Source: Tubiluchus corallicola (taxonomy: Eukaryota; Animalia; Priapulida). From it: 42,057 nt of DNA. The DNA lies in the NCBI GenBank assembly GCA_030141605.1, contig JAQGDQ010000755.1:1-42057 (forward strand), read 5' to 3'. Positions 1 through 36,890 of the stretch are shown in pieces. Below the pieces are notes generated by a model. The model had not been told where the DNA came from and ran no database searches. It saw only the letters and a program-made list of their open reading frames with translations. The position numbers and the translations under genes were made by a program. The number at the start of each line of letters is the position of its first letter. The first letter of the stretch is position 1.

Positions 1-400
1 ACCGTTAATTGCTGTGTAACTTGTCTGTCATTACCGAATGTCAAAAAAATAAAAAACTGCAGTTTTAGACGCCAGTTACTATTAGTTTTTACCGATGACT
101 TTATGGCTTCCAAATTGTAGCCGTTTTACCGGGTTTCGACGATAATTTTCGGATAGCCGAGTTTTTTTTTTTTTTGAGAGGCATTTTGGGATAGCCATAC
201 GTCCAAAAATCTGCATTTCTGCTGTCGGTACTTTGCATTACGTCACTGTTAAATGACTGGCTGTCTTGCCAATTCTGAAAATTTTACCCGTCATTTTCAC
301 ACAGCCCTTGGTCGTTGTTCATGGCGCACATTGGCTTGAATGTTTGCAAAAATTGGCTAGCAGTTCGATATACGATGAATTCTTCTGCAATCACAGAGAA

Positions 401-1180
401 CAGTGGCAGCTCGTAGCTAAAATTAGTGGTGGGTGGGGGAGGGGGGTGCTGCTCAGGAAATTTTTAGCCTTAGGTATTAATACTGTGTAAAAGCGAAACA
501 AACAAAGGTAATTTTAAAGTTGTAATTTGTAATTGTAATTTTAAGTAAACAAACACACGAAAGTTTATACATAAGCTTGATAAAATCCCAAACAGAAATT
601 TTTTTTTGCTTACTAATAGCCTAAATTGTCACAGTTCAAGCTCGATCCATTCACGGTAAGCACGTGCCAACTGACCACAAACTGTGTGAGCGACAGTACT
701 TTCTCTACCTGTGCTTAGACATGTGCACAACAGCCAAACACCGCGTTGCTGGAGTTCACTGTGCTGGGCTGTGAAGCAAACTGTGTGAGCGACAGTACTT
801 TCTCTACCTGTGCTCAGACATGTGCACAACAGCCAAACACTGCATTGCTGTAGCTCACTGTGCTGGGCTGTGAAGCAAACCAGGTTTTCCACACACTCCT
901 GGATCATGGCTGGATGACGTGGATGATAGTGGACATGGACATGGAGCCTCATATTACTAATCTGCTTAAGTTAACTCTGTACTATAATAGATATGTAACT
1001 GTATGTGGAACAGACCACTGCGAATAGATTAAAAGATAGACCAGCTCACATGCTCTGGCTCAATGCACGTTTAAAAAAAAGAACTAAAAGGAGGCTTATT
1101 ATATTGGATATTATCAATAATTTTGAGTGAAACTAAGGGGTGCTGCAGTTCCACAGTTACCTACGCGCGAGCCGCCAATG
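401..1180. mobile_element. Non-autonomous DNA transposon (MITE), hAT-like termini, family B copy 1
   Basis: Imperfect TIRs cagtggcagctcgtag ... ctacgcgcgagccgccaatg. The body is homologous to 25447-25948 and 37715-38216. An internal ~100-bp tandem duplication (about 677-880) explains ORF 629-952. Confidence 0.7.
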
Positions 1181-1714
1181 AACAGAGTCTGAATCTATTG
1201 CCTTGGTGCCTTTGGTAGTTTATTGAACCATTAAAAACCCTAATTTTATGGTTAAACGTTCTATGAATGCAGTTTTCACCTATTGCTTCTGGGTAGACAA
1301 GTATCGTATTATGACGCAGCTAGATTATGTCCACGTTAGAATTCCACTGTCACGGTAATTAGCCCGACCCAAGGCGACATACCTGGAAATACATGTTCGT
1401 CTATTTGTACCTGCAGTCCTCCTGCCTGTAATTAACACCTTCGCTGTTCTGGTACCCGGCGTGACGTGCTCTGCCAGGATAGTTGGCTTTTGTGACAACT
1501 CATTGCGAACTGGAAGTAGTTGTGCTCGTATCCTGGAGAATTCCTGTGTAACAGGAAGTGTGTGCTGGCATTGATATTGCTTAGGGAATTACTCCAGGTG
1601 CTTGTGTGATGGCTATTAGTATCTACGTGCCTGCAGTATGCAGTATGGCAAACGTTCGTGGTAAGTGAATACACATGACATTTGTCTTTGTATATTTCTG
1701 TTTCACTTAAACTG

Positions 1715-3925
1715 GTAAACTATAAGGTTTGTTGCTTGCACTTCAACTTAAACACTTCAGTGTAAACCAGTATGCTTTTGACGAGGTTTGTTGCTTACAC
1801 TTCAACTTAAACTAGTGTAACACTTCAACTTAAACACTTCAGCTTAAACCAGTATGCTTTTGATGGGGTTTGTTGCTTGCACTTCAACTAAACACTTCAG
1901 CTTAAACCAGTATGCTTTTGATGAGGTTTGTTGCTTGCACTTCAACTTAAACTAGTGTAACATTTCAACTTAAACACTTCAGTGTAAACCAGTATGCTTT
2001 TGACGAGGTTTGTTGTTTGCACTTCAACTTAAACACTTCAGTTTAAACCAGTATGCTTTTGATGAGGTTCGTTGCTTGCACTTCAACTTAAACACTTCAG
2101 TTTAATCCAGTATGTTTTTGATGAGGTTTGTTGCTTGCACTTCAACTTAAACACTTCAGCTTAAACCAGTATGCTTTTGACGAGGTTTGTTGCTTGCACT
2201 TCAACTTAAACACTTCAGTTTAATCCAGTATGTTTTTGATGAGGTTTGTTGCTTGCACTTCAACTAAACACTACAGTTTAAACCAGTATGCTTTTGATGA
2301 GGTTTGTTGCTTGCACTTCAACTAAACACTTCAGTTTAAACCAGTATGCTTTTGATGAGGTTTGTTGCTTGCACTTCAACTAAACACTTCAGTTTAAACC
2401 AGTATGCTTTTGATGAGGTTTGCTGCTTGCACTTCAACTAAACACTTCAGTTTAAACCAGTATGCTTTTGATGAGGTTTGTTGCTTGCACTTCAGCTAAA
2501 CACTTCAGCTTAAACCAGTATGCTTTTGATGAGGTTTGTTGCTTGCACTTCAACTTAAACACTTCAGTTTAAACCAGTATGCTTTTGATGAGGTTTGTTG
2601 CGTGCACTTCAACTTAAACACTTCAGTGTAAACCAGTATGCTTTTGATGAGGTTTGTTGCTTGCACTTCAACTTAAACACTTCAGTTTAAACCAGTATGC
2701 TTTTGATGAGGTTTGTTGCTTGCACTTCAACTTAAACACTTCAGTTTAATCCAGTATGCTTTTGATGAGGTGTGTTGCTTGCACTTTAACTTAAACCAGT
2801 ACAACACTTCAACTTAAACACTTCAGTTTAAACCAGTATGCTTTTGATGAGGTTTGTTGCGTGCACTTCAACTTAAACACTTCAGTGTAAACCAGTATGC
2901 TTTTGATGAGGTTTGTTGCTTGCACTTCAACTTAAACACTTCAGCTTAAACCAGTATGCTTTTGATGAGGTTTGTTGCTTGCACTTCAACTAAACACTAC
3001 AGTTTAAACCAGTATGCTTTTGATGAGGTTTGTTGCTTGCACTTCAACTTAAACACTTCAGCTTAAACCAGTATGCTTTTGATGAGGTTTGTTGCTTGCA
3101 CTTCAACTAAACACTACAGTTTAAACCAGTATGCTTTTGATGAGGTTTGTTGCTTACACTTCAGCTTAACCACTTCAGTGTAAACCAGTATGCTTTTGAC
3201 GAGGTTTGTTGCTTGCACTTCAACTTAAACACTTCAGTTTAAACCAATATGCTTTTGACGAGGTTCGTTGCTTGCAGTTCAACTTAAACACGTCAGTTTA
3301 AACCAGTATGCTTTTGATGAGGTTTGTTGCTTGCACTTCAACTTAAACACTTCAGTTTAAACCAGTATGCTTTTGATGAGGTTTGCTGCTTGCACTTCAA
3401 CTAAACACTTCAGTTTAAACCAGTATGCTTTTGATGAGGTTTGTTGCTTGCACTTCAACTTAAACACTTCAGTTTAAACCAGTATGCTTTTGATGAGGTT
3501 TGTTGCTTGCACTTCAACTTAAACACTTCAGTTTAAACCAGTATGCTTTTGATGAGGTTTGTTGCTTGCACTTCAACTTAAACACTTCAGCTTAAACCAG
3601 TATGCTTTTGATGAGGTTTGTTGCTTGCACTTCAACTTAAACACTTCAGCTTAAACCAGTATGCTTTTGATGAGGTTTGTTGCTTGCACTTCAACTTAAA
3701 CACTTCAGTTTAAACCAGTATGCTTTTGATGAGGTTTGCTGCTTGCACTTCAACTAAACACTTCAGTTTAAACCAGTATGCTTTTGATGAGGTTTGCTGC
3801 TTGCACTTCAACTTAAACACTTCAGTTTAAACCAGTATGCTTTTGATGGGATTTGTTGCTTGCAGTTCAACTTAAACACTTCAGTTTAAACCAGTATGCT
3901 TTTGATGAGGTTCGTTGCTTGCACT
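1715..3925. repeat. Tandem satellite, 58-59 bp unit, about 37 copies
   Basis: Unit aaaccagtatgcttttgatgaggtttgttgcttgcacttcaacttaaacacttcagttt. It shifts 1 nt per 60-nt line, and there are no unique spacers. Confidence 0.97.
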
Positions 3926-5781
3926 ATACAATCTCCAAGGCAGCGTAATACATTTCAGGACATTTGATAGACATTAAACTACAGTGAAAACTACAGTTCA
4001 TTTTTTTACTTGTGCGAAAATCAGTTCATGGTATTTCCACTTTCTCGTAAAACCGCTAGTGACTGAAACTTTCAAAATTGGGAGTGATTTTAGTGCTCTT
4101 GTTCAACTGCAATTGTGCGTGTGTCGCACTTGTAACTTTTGCTTAAGAATGTGAAAGTTCTTGTTATTTACAGGCGACATTGACGTCAGTCTATTGCAAA
4201 ATATTGGCTTTCAAATAGCACAGTGTACAATCACTGATCATACTGCTAGAGTATGTTAAAAACCCAAAGTTTTGCATATTTTTGACACAGTGCTAAAAAT
4301 AATTGCTGTTTTTATAATGTTAGTTTTTTGCACTTTTAAGCTTTCGTGGATTTCAAGGCAAAGGTTAGTGCAGCAATTTAGCTAATATTTCTACAGATTC
4401 TTAATTAATATCATTGTCATTGTTACTGTGCCATATTTGAGATAGTATATTCTAGATTTCTCTCAGGTCAGGTATAAGTAGTTCATTTTGTGCTAGACTT
4501 TTTGTATGTCCGTTTGACTCGACTGTGTTTTTATTGCGTTTTCGCTTTTCCACGGGTGCCCGCTTTGTTAGAATACTAATTCCTTTTGTCAGCGAGGGTT
4601 TTTCCTTCCAGTTATGGGGTGTCTGCAACTTTTATAGGTTCCAAACTGTAAATATTCCTTTTAGATTATTTTTGTCTTTTAATATACATGTAGTATAACT
4701 TCTAACGACGTAATGTCTAAGTTCTAATTGTAGTTGACCAATATAGTAATACAATAACATGCTTCATATAAAATAAAACTAAATATTTTCTCCTACAATG
4801 TTATTATTTTATATAATAATAGTTAACAAATATAATATATGATGTGCAATTGATAGAACATGTTTTTCTTTGTGGATGAGAATTTATGTAGAATTTTCTC
4901 GTACATAATATAAATTATGTATAAATATAATGCTGTAATATTTTTATATAATTATTATGTACAGTATAAAATTATTATAATGTATCTAATCAACACAATG
5001 ATTATCTATTTCTTTTTTAAGATATAGCTAAAATGTGTAAATTTGTATCTATATCTGTCAATGTTAATGTTTTACATAATAAATATAATGCATATAAATA
5101 TAAAACACAATTAATATGATATGATTGTTTTTCGTGTTAGTTTGTAACGTTTGTAAACAATTTAAATTATATGTAATAATGTATGTTTTTAATAAAGAGC
5201 TTCGTTACTATTTACTCACGTCTGAGTCTTTAAATGTCAAGCATAAACAGTACACATGGTACTAGGTAATAAAACTTCTTATCAGTTCAGGCAGGCATAT
5301 TTTTACCATGATTTTGTGTCCCATACATCTACTCAGATGGCGCAGTTACGTATTACACGCTTTTTGGTGCAGTTTCTGTGTGCATTTTAACTCTTTGCTG
5401 TAGTATGTTTTGAACTATGGACCTGCATACGTTTGAATTAAGTAGTTTACTCAGTGTGGAAACATTCCGTTGCATAAATATTAGTTTTCTGTGGACTCTA
5501 GTGTGTCGTTTGGTTTAGCATCCTTCTGTGCGTAAAGATACTTTGCGTATTTCTCAACAAATAACTCCAGATTACGGAACTTTTTCAGTAATTTTTTACC
5601 TTGAACAGTTGTTTGTGCCTGCCGTATTGTTTGGCTACTCCAGTAACGATTGTCGATATCAAATGCAGTTCTGTGATTGGCTGCTCATTGAATACCTCGG
5701 ATAAGTGGTCTGTCGCTAAGTGGTTAAGTTGATTAACGGCACTGTTAAGTTGCTTGGATTCTTGTTTTGCTGATGACCTGT

Positions 5782-29196
<23,415 letters not shown>

Positions 29197-29449
29197 GTAA
29201 GTAACACATCGTTTCATGTGAACGTACCTTTATATTCATTATTACAAATCAAATTCAAAACTAATCAAATTTAATATTTTCAAACTTGAACCTAAATGGA
29301 ACTTAAAATTTCGGCTTCGAATCTGATGAAACAAGAATCTTTACAGAAGTCATTCACTCTGCAGAAGACAATCAGGGGCGTATCAAGACTTTACGATGGC
29401 CTAGGCTGATAGTTCTGTCCTGCCCATCTCTATTGTGAATGTATGGTTG

Positions 29450-29700
29450 CTTATGTAATACGCGGTTTAAACAATTACTTGTGGTGTATTAGAAACACTT
29501 AACCTTGTTTCTACTTGGTCATTATTAATTACTTGTATTTGTACAGCTCTTGCTTGTTATGTAATAAGCAGATTAAACAATTACTTGTGGTGTATTAGAA
29601 ACACACTTAACCTTGTTTCTACTTGATCATTAATAATTACATGTATTTGCATAGCTCTTGCTTGTTGTGTAAGAAGCAGACTAAACAATTACTTGTGGTG
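29450..29700. repeat. About 118-bp tandem repeat (about 2.2 copies; about 3.2 copies in the inverted arm at 32850-33200)
   Basis: aaacaattacttgtggtg recurs three times here, and its complement four times in the other arm. Confidence 0.85.
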
Positions 29701-30186
29701 TTCATTTAGTATCACTTTTGTCATCTGAATTAATTCCTCACGTCGTTATCGTATCAGCAGATTTGTGTCGTTTAACTTCCGTACTTTGAAAGCAGAAATT
29801 AAGCAGAAGAGGGCTGAAATGCTAAAGCAATATACGTATAATAACACAGTTTGAAATTTATTCGTCTTGCGTATAGATAGCTTTCTTAAAATTCTTTTGA
29901 AAACGTCCACTTCTGTTAAATACAAAGCTTGTTAATGTTTACTTATGTTTTTGACAAAGCAGCACGAAGCCGTATTGGATATCGGGTAGGTTGTCTTTGT
30001 TTCGTGAATTTCGACGTGTAAAAAGGCAATTTTTCAAAGCGGACTTTTAAAATTAATTCAGTTCTAATTCTTATGATGAATAAGTTTTTGACATTCGACT
30101 TTAGGTCCCAGTAATTGGGATCCAACGCAGTAATGTTGAATAGATGTGGTTATTTGAATAAATCAGTTGTTTACCACAAAAACAGA

Positions 30187-30890
30187 TTACACCCTTTCCA
30201 GTAAAGCTTTACCAAAATAAAGAAGCCATGTTTTGTTAGGATTAAATGAGATACTCAATTCTATACCATATGTTTCACAGATTTTAAGCACTTCACGCAA
30301 GTGTCTGCATGACCCTGACAACAAGGCAATGTCATCAGCATACATGACAGTGCCTGCAAAATTATCTGCCACATAACAATGGTAACCAGGTGAACGCAAT
30401 TGACGTATAAGGGCGTCTGTATATACAGCATATAAAATCAGTGATAATACACCTCCTTGTCTGACACCTGTTTTTAGACAAAATTGGGTACTATACTGAT
30501 CTTGCCATTTGATACAGCCCGTAAGTTTACTATACCAATTCATTAATACGTTAACAAATATCTTGGGAACCCGTTTTTCTAGCAGTTTTATAAACAACCC
30601 TCCGTGCAGTACTCAATCAAAAGCTTTGGAGGCATCTAGAAATGCGACATATACAGGATTATTTCTTGCGGTGAAAAAATTTACCGTTTCTTTTATGGTA
30701 TATATGGCATGATTACAACTTGATTCAACTTTAAAACCGAATTGTAATTCGTCACTTTCTAAGCAATCACCAAACTTTGCCAGTAAGACAGATTCAAATA
30801 ATTTTGAGATAGTGGGAGATAGAGTCACTGCACGATAATTATTGAAATCTGTTAGGTCGCCATTGTTATCTTTAACAACAGGTATAATAT
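30187..30890 (-). mobile_element. Non-LTR retrotransposon (LINE, CR1/L2-group-like) reverse transcriptase fragment, inactivated
   Basis: Motifs IIPVVK..NNYRAVTL..SKLFE, QFGFK, FLDASKAFD, GVRQGGVLS and YADD. There is an in-frame stop after KAFD (30613-30615), and both ends are truncated. Confidence 0.93.
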
Positions 30891-31361
30891 ATATATACAC
30901 CCAGCCACCCCTATATAGCAGTAAAAGCACGTGATGTTTTACGATAAAAAACTGCTCAATACTAATTATTAGCAGCAGTTTACAAAAATTGTGAATTTGT
31001 TTACAAAGTAAGATTTGTTTCATAGCATAAGCACTGAAAGCAGCAAGCGCAATTTTATACGTAAAGCACCAACAATTAACTGTGGTGTAAGAGTTACGAA
31101 GGCACCCGTTAAGCAACTGTTTGTGGCGTGGTAGAAACAATGTTATGCGGGAAGCAACTATTTGTGGTGTGGTAGGTGGTTTCTGTGTTACTTCTCAATA
31201 ATGACGACACCACCTTATACCACTTATGCAGAATGCGTTTACAACAATAGCGTAGCCACTGTTTTTTTCTTTGTAAGCCCTGATTATGACGTATTTAGTG
31301 AATATCCTTGAGACTCAAAGCTAGCTCCGCCATATTGCAACGAAAGTAAATGTTTTTGTTG

Positions 31362-31840
31362 ATAGTCGTTTTTTAGCTAAATCAGTTCATTTTTAGTCAT
31401 TTTTCAGTTAAATCAGTTCATTTTAGTCATTTTTCAGCTAAATCAGTTAATTTTAGTAGTTTTTTAGCTAAATCAGTTGTTTTTAGTCATTTTTCAGTTA
31501 AATCAGTTAATTTTAGTCGTTTTTCAGCTAAATCAGCTGTTTTTTGATAAGTAAAATGGCCAGAGGTAAAGAGCCGGGGAACAGAAACTCATTATATTCT
31601 GGATTTAAAGTCGGCATCTCAAATTGGTGAAGCACTATGTCACACTTGCGCCAGCGGCGAACACAGCTACGCAACAAATGAGTTGATTTGACTACTTGAC
31701 CACACAACAGCACATGAAAGCACCAAAAGAGAACAATCCAGTTTTCAATAAAATGAACTGATTTAGAAGAAAAACGACTGAAAATGAAGTGATTTAGCTG
31801 AAAAACGACTAAAATTAACTGATCTAGCTGAAAAATGATT
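31362..31840. repeat. About 30-bp tandem units in inverted orientation (31362-31545 versus 31755-31840) around a ~210-bp loop
   Basis: ttttagtcatttttcagctaaatcagttaa repeated on the left; aactgatttagctgaaaaacgactaaaa-type complements on the right. Confidence 0.85.
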
Positions 31841-31845
31841 AATAC

Positions 31846-31987
31846 CTTCAATAAGTACAGCTATTTCGAACACCCTGGCCACTATGCTCTCCCTCTCTTC
31901 CAGACTCTCCCCGCGAAACACGGTATGACCAAACGGAACGATCTGAAATGTACCGTCAGCATCCTGCCTGGCTTTATTTCGGCAATC
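31846..31987 (-). CDS. Exon 17 (present only in the inverted copy): DCRNKARQDADGTFQIVPFGHTVFRGESLEERESIVARVFEIAVLIE(G), SLOG continuation
   Basis: Minus-strand acceptor ttctgcag|gat and donor gaag|gtatta, 142 nt. The phase 0 start fits exon 16. S..ER..I......A.LI.G matches the LOG/SLOG motif leading into (P/E)GGxGT. Confidence 0.88.
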
Positions 31988-33453
31988 CTGCAGAACAAAA
32001 TAACATGGTTAAAGGGAAAGAAAAAGCAATAAGCGTTTTCATAATACCAGCAATTAACGATAGTGAAAAGGTCAAAGGTTAAGTGTACCAAGCAACGCAT
32101 TTGTGTACACTTGACAATGCCTCACATCCCATGCTATTCCAATAGTAACAGTTTTAACAGCTAACAAGAATCTCACCTAGTTCATTTTTTCTCATTCCCA
32201 AGCAAGATCCTGCTAGTGTATCATTCTGCGCACAGAGTAATGCATAATTAAGTAGACTCCATGCAAAACAACAGATGTTACTGAACTGATGCGGTAGACG
32301 GCTTTACCTTAACCACAAGTCACGTAGGTAACATGCATAATTAAGTAAAGTCCAAGTAAAACAACTGACTTATTCAACTGATTTATTCAACTAACCACAC
32401 CTATTCCACATTACTGCGTTGGATCCCAATTACCGGGACCTAAAGTAGAATGTCGAAAACTTATTCATCAAAAGAATTAGAATTGAATTAATTTTAAAAG
32501 TCCGCTTTGAAAAATTGTCTTTTTACACATCGAAGTTCACGAAACAAAGACAACCTACCCGATATCCAATACGGCTTCATGCTGCTTTGTCAAAAACATA
32601 AGTAAACATTAACAAGCTTTGTATTTATCAGAAATGGACGTTTTCAAAAGAATTTTAAGAAAGCTATCTATACACAAGACGCATAAATTTCAAACTGTGT
32701 TATTATACGTATTCTGCTTTAGCATTTCAGCCCTCTTCTGCTTCATTTCTGCTTTCAAAGTACGGAAGTTAAGCGACACAAATCTGCTGATACGATAACG
32801 ACGTGAGGAATTAATTCAGACGACAAAAGCGATACTAAATGAACACTACAAGTAATTGTTTAGTCTGCTTCTTACACAACAAGCAAGAGCTGTGCAAATA
32901 CATGTAATTAATAATGACCACGTAGAAACAAGTTTAAGTGTTTCTAATACACCACAAGTAATTGTTTAGTCTGCTTCTTACATAACAAGCAAGAGCTATG
33001 CAAATACATGTAATTATTAATGATCAAGTAGAAACAAGGTTAAGTGTGTTTCTAATACACCACGAGTAATTGTTTAATCTGCTTATTACATAACAAGCAA
33101 GAGCTGTACAAACACATGTAATTAATAATGACCACGTAGAAAAAAGGTTAAGTGTTTCTAATACACCACAAGTAATTGTTTAAACCGCGTATTACATAAG
33201 CAACCATACATTCACAATAGAGATGGGCAGGACAGAACTATCAGCCTAGGCCATCGTAAAGTCTTGATACGCCCCTGATTGTCTTCTGCAGAGTGAATGA
33301 CTTCTGTAAAGATTCTTGTTTCATCAGATTCGAAGCCGAAATTTTAAGTTCCATTTAGGTTCAAGTTTGAAAATATTAAATTTGATTAGTTTTGAATTTG
33401 ATTTGTAATAATGAATATAAAGGTACGTTCACATGAAACGATGTGTTACTTAC

Positions 33454-33613
33454 GCTGCTGTCTTTCTCCGGCAAGACATGCCACACATCTGGTAGCTTAT
33501 GTAGCCTCTTCTTAGCATCAGCAAAGCTATGAGCCACCAAATCTGCAGCTCCGAACAAGCCACCCGTCACCACAGATAACTGCTCTATGCCGGCCAAGTG
33601 ATAACCAAGTGAC
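33454..33613 (-). CDS. Inverted copy of exon 16
   Basis: Identical peptide, two synonymous changes (TTC>TTT, GAC>GAT), splice sites intact. Confidence 0.88.
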
Positions 33614-33913
33614 CTAAAACAATCATAAAAGATTTTAAACTCGACTGCGCAAAATAATCAATTTGTTAACTAATTTGTTAATCGATTTATTAATTAAACA
33701 GACAAATTTGTAAACAACATTGAATTTAAACTTTGATCTAACAGGAGGGAAAACCTCTGGACCCCTGCAAAGAATCTATCACCAATTTCTGTCCTCCTTG
33801 TGGTTTCTTTTCTTTCTGCAGTGCTTTATTGAAAGTTAATTCTAAATGGTCATGTCATCTGGTAGTTCGTATAACACGTCCTATCCATCTTAATCTTCTC
33901 TTTTTCATTTTAA

Positions 33914-35992
33914 CCGTCCATTCCTCTGTCTTGACTTTCAGACAGCTTCCACAATGTAAACAGCAGCAATATGCAACACTCTTAAAAATGCAAAATCATT
34001 GAACAACCCAATAACTGTCCATTCCTCTGTCTTGACTTTCAGACAGCTTCCACAATGTAAACAGCAGCAATATGCAACACTCTTAAAAATGGAAAATCAT
34101 TGAACAATCCAATAACTGTCCATTCCTCTGTCTTGACTTTTAGACAGCTTCCACAATGTAAACAGCAGCAATATGCAACACTCTTAAAATGCAAAATCAT
34201 TGAACAACCCAATAACTGTCCATTCCTCTGTCTTGACTTTTAGACAGCTTCCACAAGGTAAACAGCAGCAATATGCAACACTCTGTAAAAATGCAAAATC
34301 ATTGAACAACCCAATAACTGTCCATTCCTCTGTCTTGACTTTCAGACAGCTTCCACAAGGTAACCAGCAGCAATATGTAACACTCTTAAAATGCAAAATC
34401 ATTGAACAACCCAATAACTGTCCATTCCTCTGTCTTGACTTTCAGACAGCTTCCACAATGTAAACAGCAGCAATATGCAACACTCTTAAAAATGCAAAAT
34501 CATTGAACAACCCAATAACTGTCCATTCCTCTGTCTTGACTTTCAGACAGCTTCCACAATGTAAACAGCAGCAATATGCAACACTCTTAAAAATGGAAAA
34601 TCATTGAACAACCCAATAACTGTCCATTCCTCTGTCTTGACTTTTAGACAGCTTCCACAATGTAAACAGCAGCAATATGCAACACTCTTAAAATGCAAAA
34701 TCATTGAACAACCCAATAACTGTCCATTCCTCTGTCTTGACTTTTAGACAGCTTCCACAAGGTAAACAGCAGCAATATGCAACACTCTTAAAAATGCAAA
34801 ATCATTGAACAACCCAATAACTGTCCATTCCTCTGTCTTGACTTTTAGACAGCTTCCACAATGTAAACAGCAGCAATATGCAACACTCTTAAAATGCAAA
34901 ACCATTGAACAACCCAATAACTGTCCATTCCTCTGTCTTGACTTTTAGACTGCTTCCACAAGGTAACCAGCAGCAATATGTAACACTCTTAAAATGCAAA
35001 ATCATTGAACAACCCAATAACTGTCCATTCCTCTGTCTTGACTTTTAGACTGCTTCCACAATGTAAACAGCAGCAATATGCAACACTCTTAAAATGCAAA
35101 ACCATTGAACAACCCAATAACTGTCCATTCCTCTGTCTTGACTTTTAGACAGCTTCCACAATGTAAACAGCAGCAATATGCACGCTTAAAATGCAAAATC
35201 ATTGAACAACCCAATCACTGTCCATTCCTCTGTCTTGACTTTAGACTGCTTCACAATGCAATATGCAACACTCTTAAAATGCAAAATCATTGAACAACCC
35301 AATAACTGTCCATTCCTCTGTCTTGACTTTCAGACAGCTTCCACAATGAAACAGCAGCAATATGCAACACTCTTAAAAATGCAAAATCATTGAACAACCC
35401 AATAACTGTCCATTCCTCTGTCTTGACTTTCAGACTGCTTCCACAGCAGCAATATGCAACACTCTTAAAAATGCAAAATCATTGAACAACCCAATAACTG
35501 TCCATTCCTCTGTCTTGACTTTCAGATAGCTTCCACAATGAAACAGCAGCAATATGCAACACTCTTAAAAATGCAAAATCATTGAACAACCCAATAACTG
35601 TCCATTCCTCTGTCTTGACTTTCAGACTGCTTCCACAATGTAAACAGCAGCAATATGCAACACTCTTAAAATGCAAAATCATTGAACAACCCAATAACTG
35701 TCCATTCCTCTGTCTTGACTTTTAGACAGCTTCCACAATGCAAACAGCAGCAATATGCAACACGCTTAAAAAGCAAAATCATTGAACAACCCAATAACTG
35801 TCCATTCCTCTGTCTAGACTTTCAGACAGCTTCCACAATGCAAACAGCAGCAATATGCAACACTCTTAAAATGGAAAATCATTGAACAACCCAATAACTG
35901 TCCATTCCTCTGTCTTGACTTTTAGACTGCTTCCACAATGTAAACAGCAGCAATATGCAACACTCTTAAAATGCAAAATCATTGAACAACCC
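33914..35992. repeat. Inverted copy of the 100-bp satellite, about 21 copies
   Basis: Reverse complement of the 27739-28737 unit. The array is about twice as long. Confidence 0.96.
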
Positions 35993-36067
35993 TAACAAAG
36001 CACAGAAAAGCGCCCTCCCGATTACCCGAGAGTGGGAAGCAATGTAGAAACTTGCTAACCGTTGTAC

Positions 36068-36162
36068 CTGCATATTTCCTCAGACCGTTTCCGCTTCAGT
36101 TTGATGCCGCCAAAGATGTAAACGCAGTTCTCAACGTTCAGAGCTTGCCTCAAAAACCGAGC
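36068..36162 (-). CDS. Inverted copy of exon 15
   Basis: Identical to 27569-27663. Confidence 0.88.
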
Positions 36163-36773
36163 CTAAAAATAAGGATTACAATCAGAAAAGAAAAAAGCAA
36201 ATAATCTGATAGGTGATGGAGACGATGATGATGATGATGACAATGATGATGATAATGAAAACAGTGATAAAGATGATGATGATGTCGATTTTGGTGATGA
36301 TGATGACGACAATGATGATGATGACAACGATGACTATGACCATGATGATGATGACATCGATTATTATTATGACGATGGTGATGATGACAATGATAATGAT
36401 GACAACTACACTGATGATAATGACAATGACGATGACAATGATGATGATGACATCTACAATGATGTTTATAACAATGATGATAATGACAATGATGACGATG
36501 ACATCGATTATTATTATGACGATGGTGACGATGACAATGATGATGATGACGATTACACTGATGATAATGACAATGACAACAATTGCAATGATGATAACGA
36601 TGACAATGATGATGCTGACGTCTACAATGATGTTTATAACAATGATGACAATGACAATGATGACTATGACATCGATTATTATTATGGTAAAGATGGAATG
36701 TTTGAAAACTCAGACACATGCTGTATATGTGAACATAGAAGCTTGACAACTAAGAGTTTGTTCATGAACTTAC

Positions 36774-36890
36774 GTGAAATGCGATTTTAGCCTCTCTGAT
36801 TTCATTCTGTTCCGAAATGCGGGCCGTAGGATCCAGTGCTTTCCGTATGCGGGTCAGCAACGAATCGCGATATCCGTCCTTCCTCGAATC
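36774..36890 (-). CDS. Inverted copy of exon 14
   Basis: One synonymous change (CGT>CGC). Confidence 0.88.

Noticed and set aside
1715-3925. CRISPR-like regular repeat
   Set aside because: It is a pure tandem satellite with no variable spacers.
30187-31140. Functional reverse transcriptase gene or retron partner of the TIR-SLOG gene
   Set aside because: The motifs are LINE-type, there is an internal stop, and both ends are truncated. It is a passive insertion.
31528-31760. Possible exon 18 carrying the SLOG GGxGT motif on the minus strand
   Set aside because: The best acceptor (ttgcgtag) gives AVFAAGASVT* with no expected motif. The true next exon is probably outside the window.
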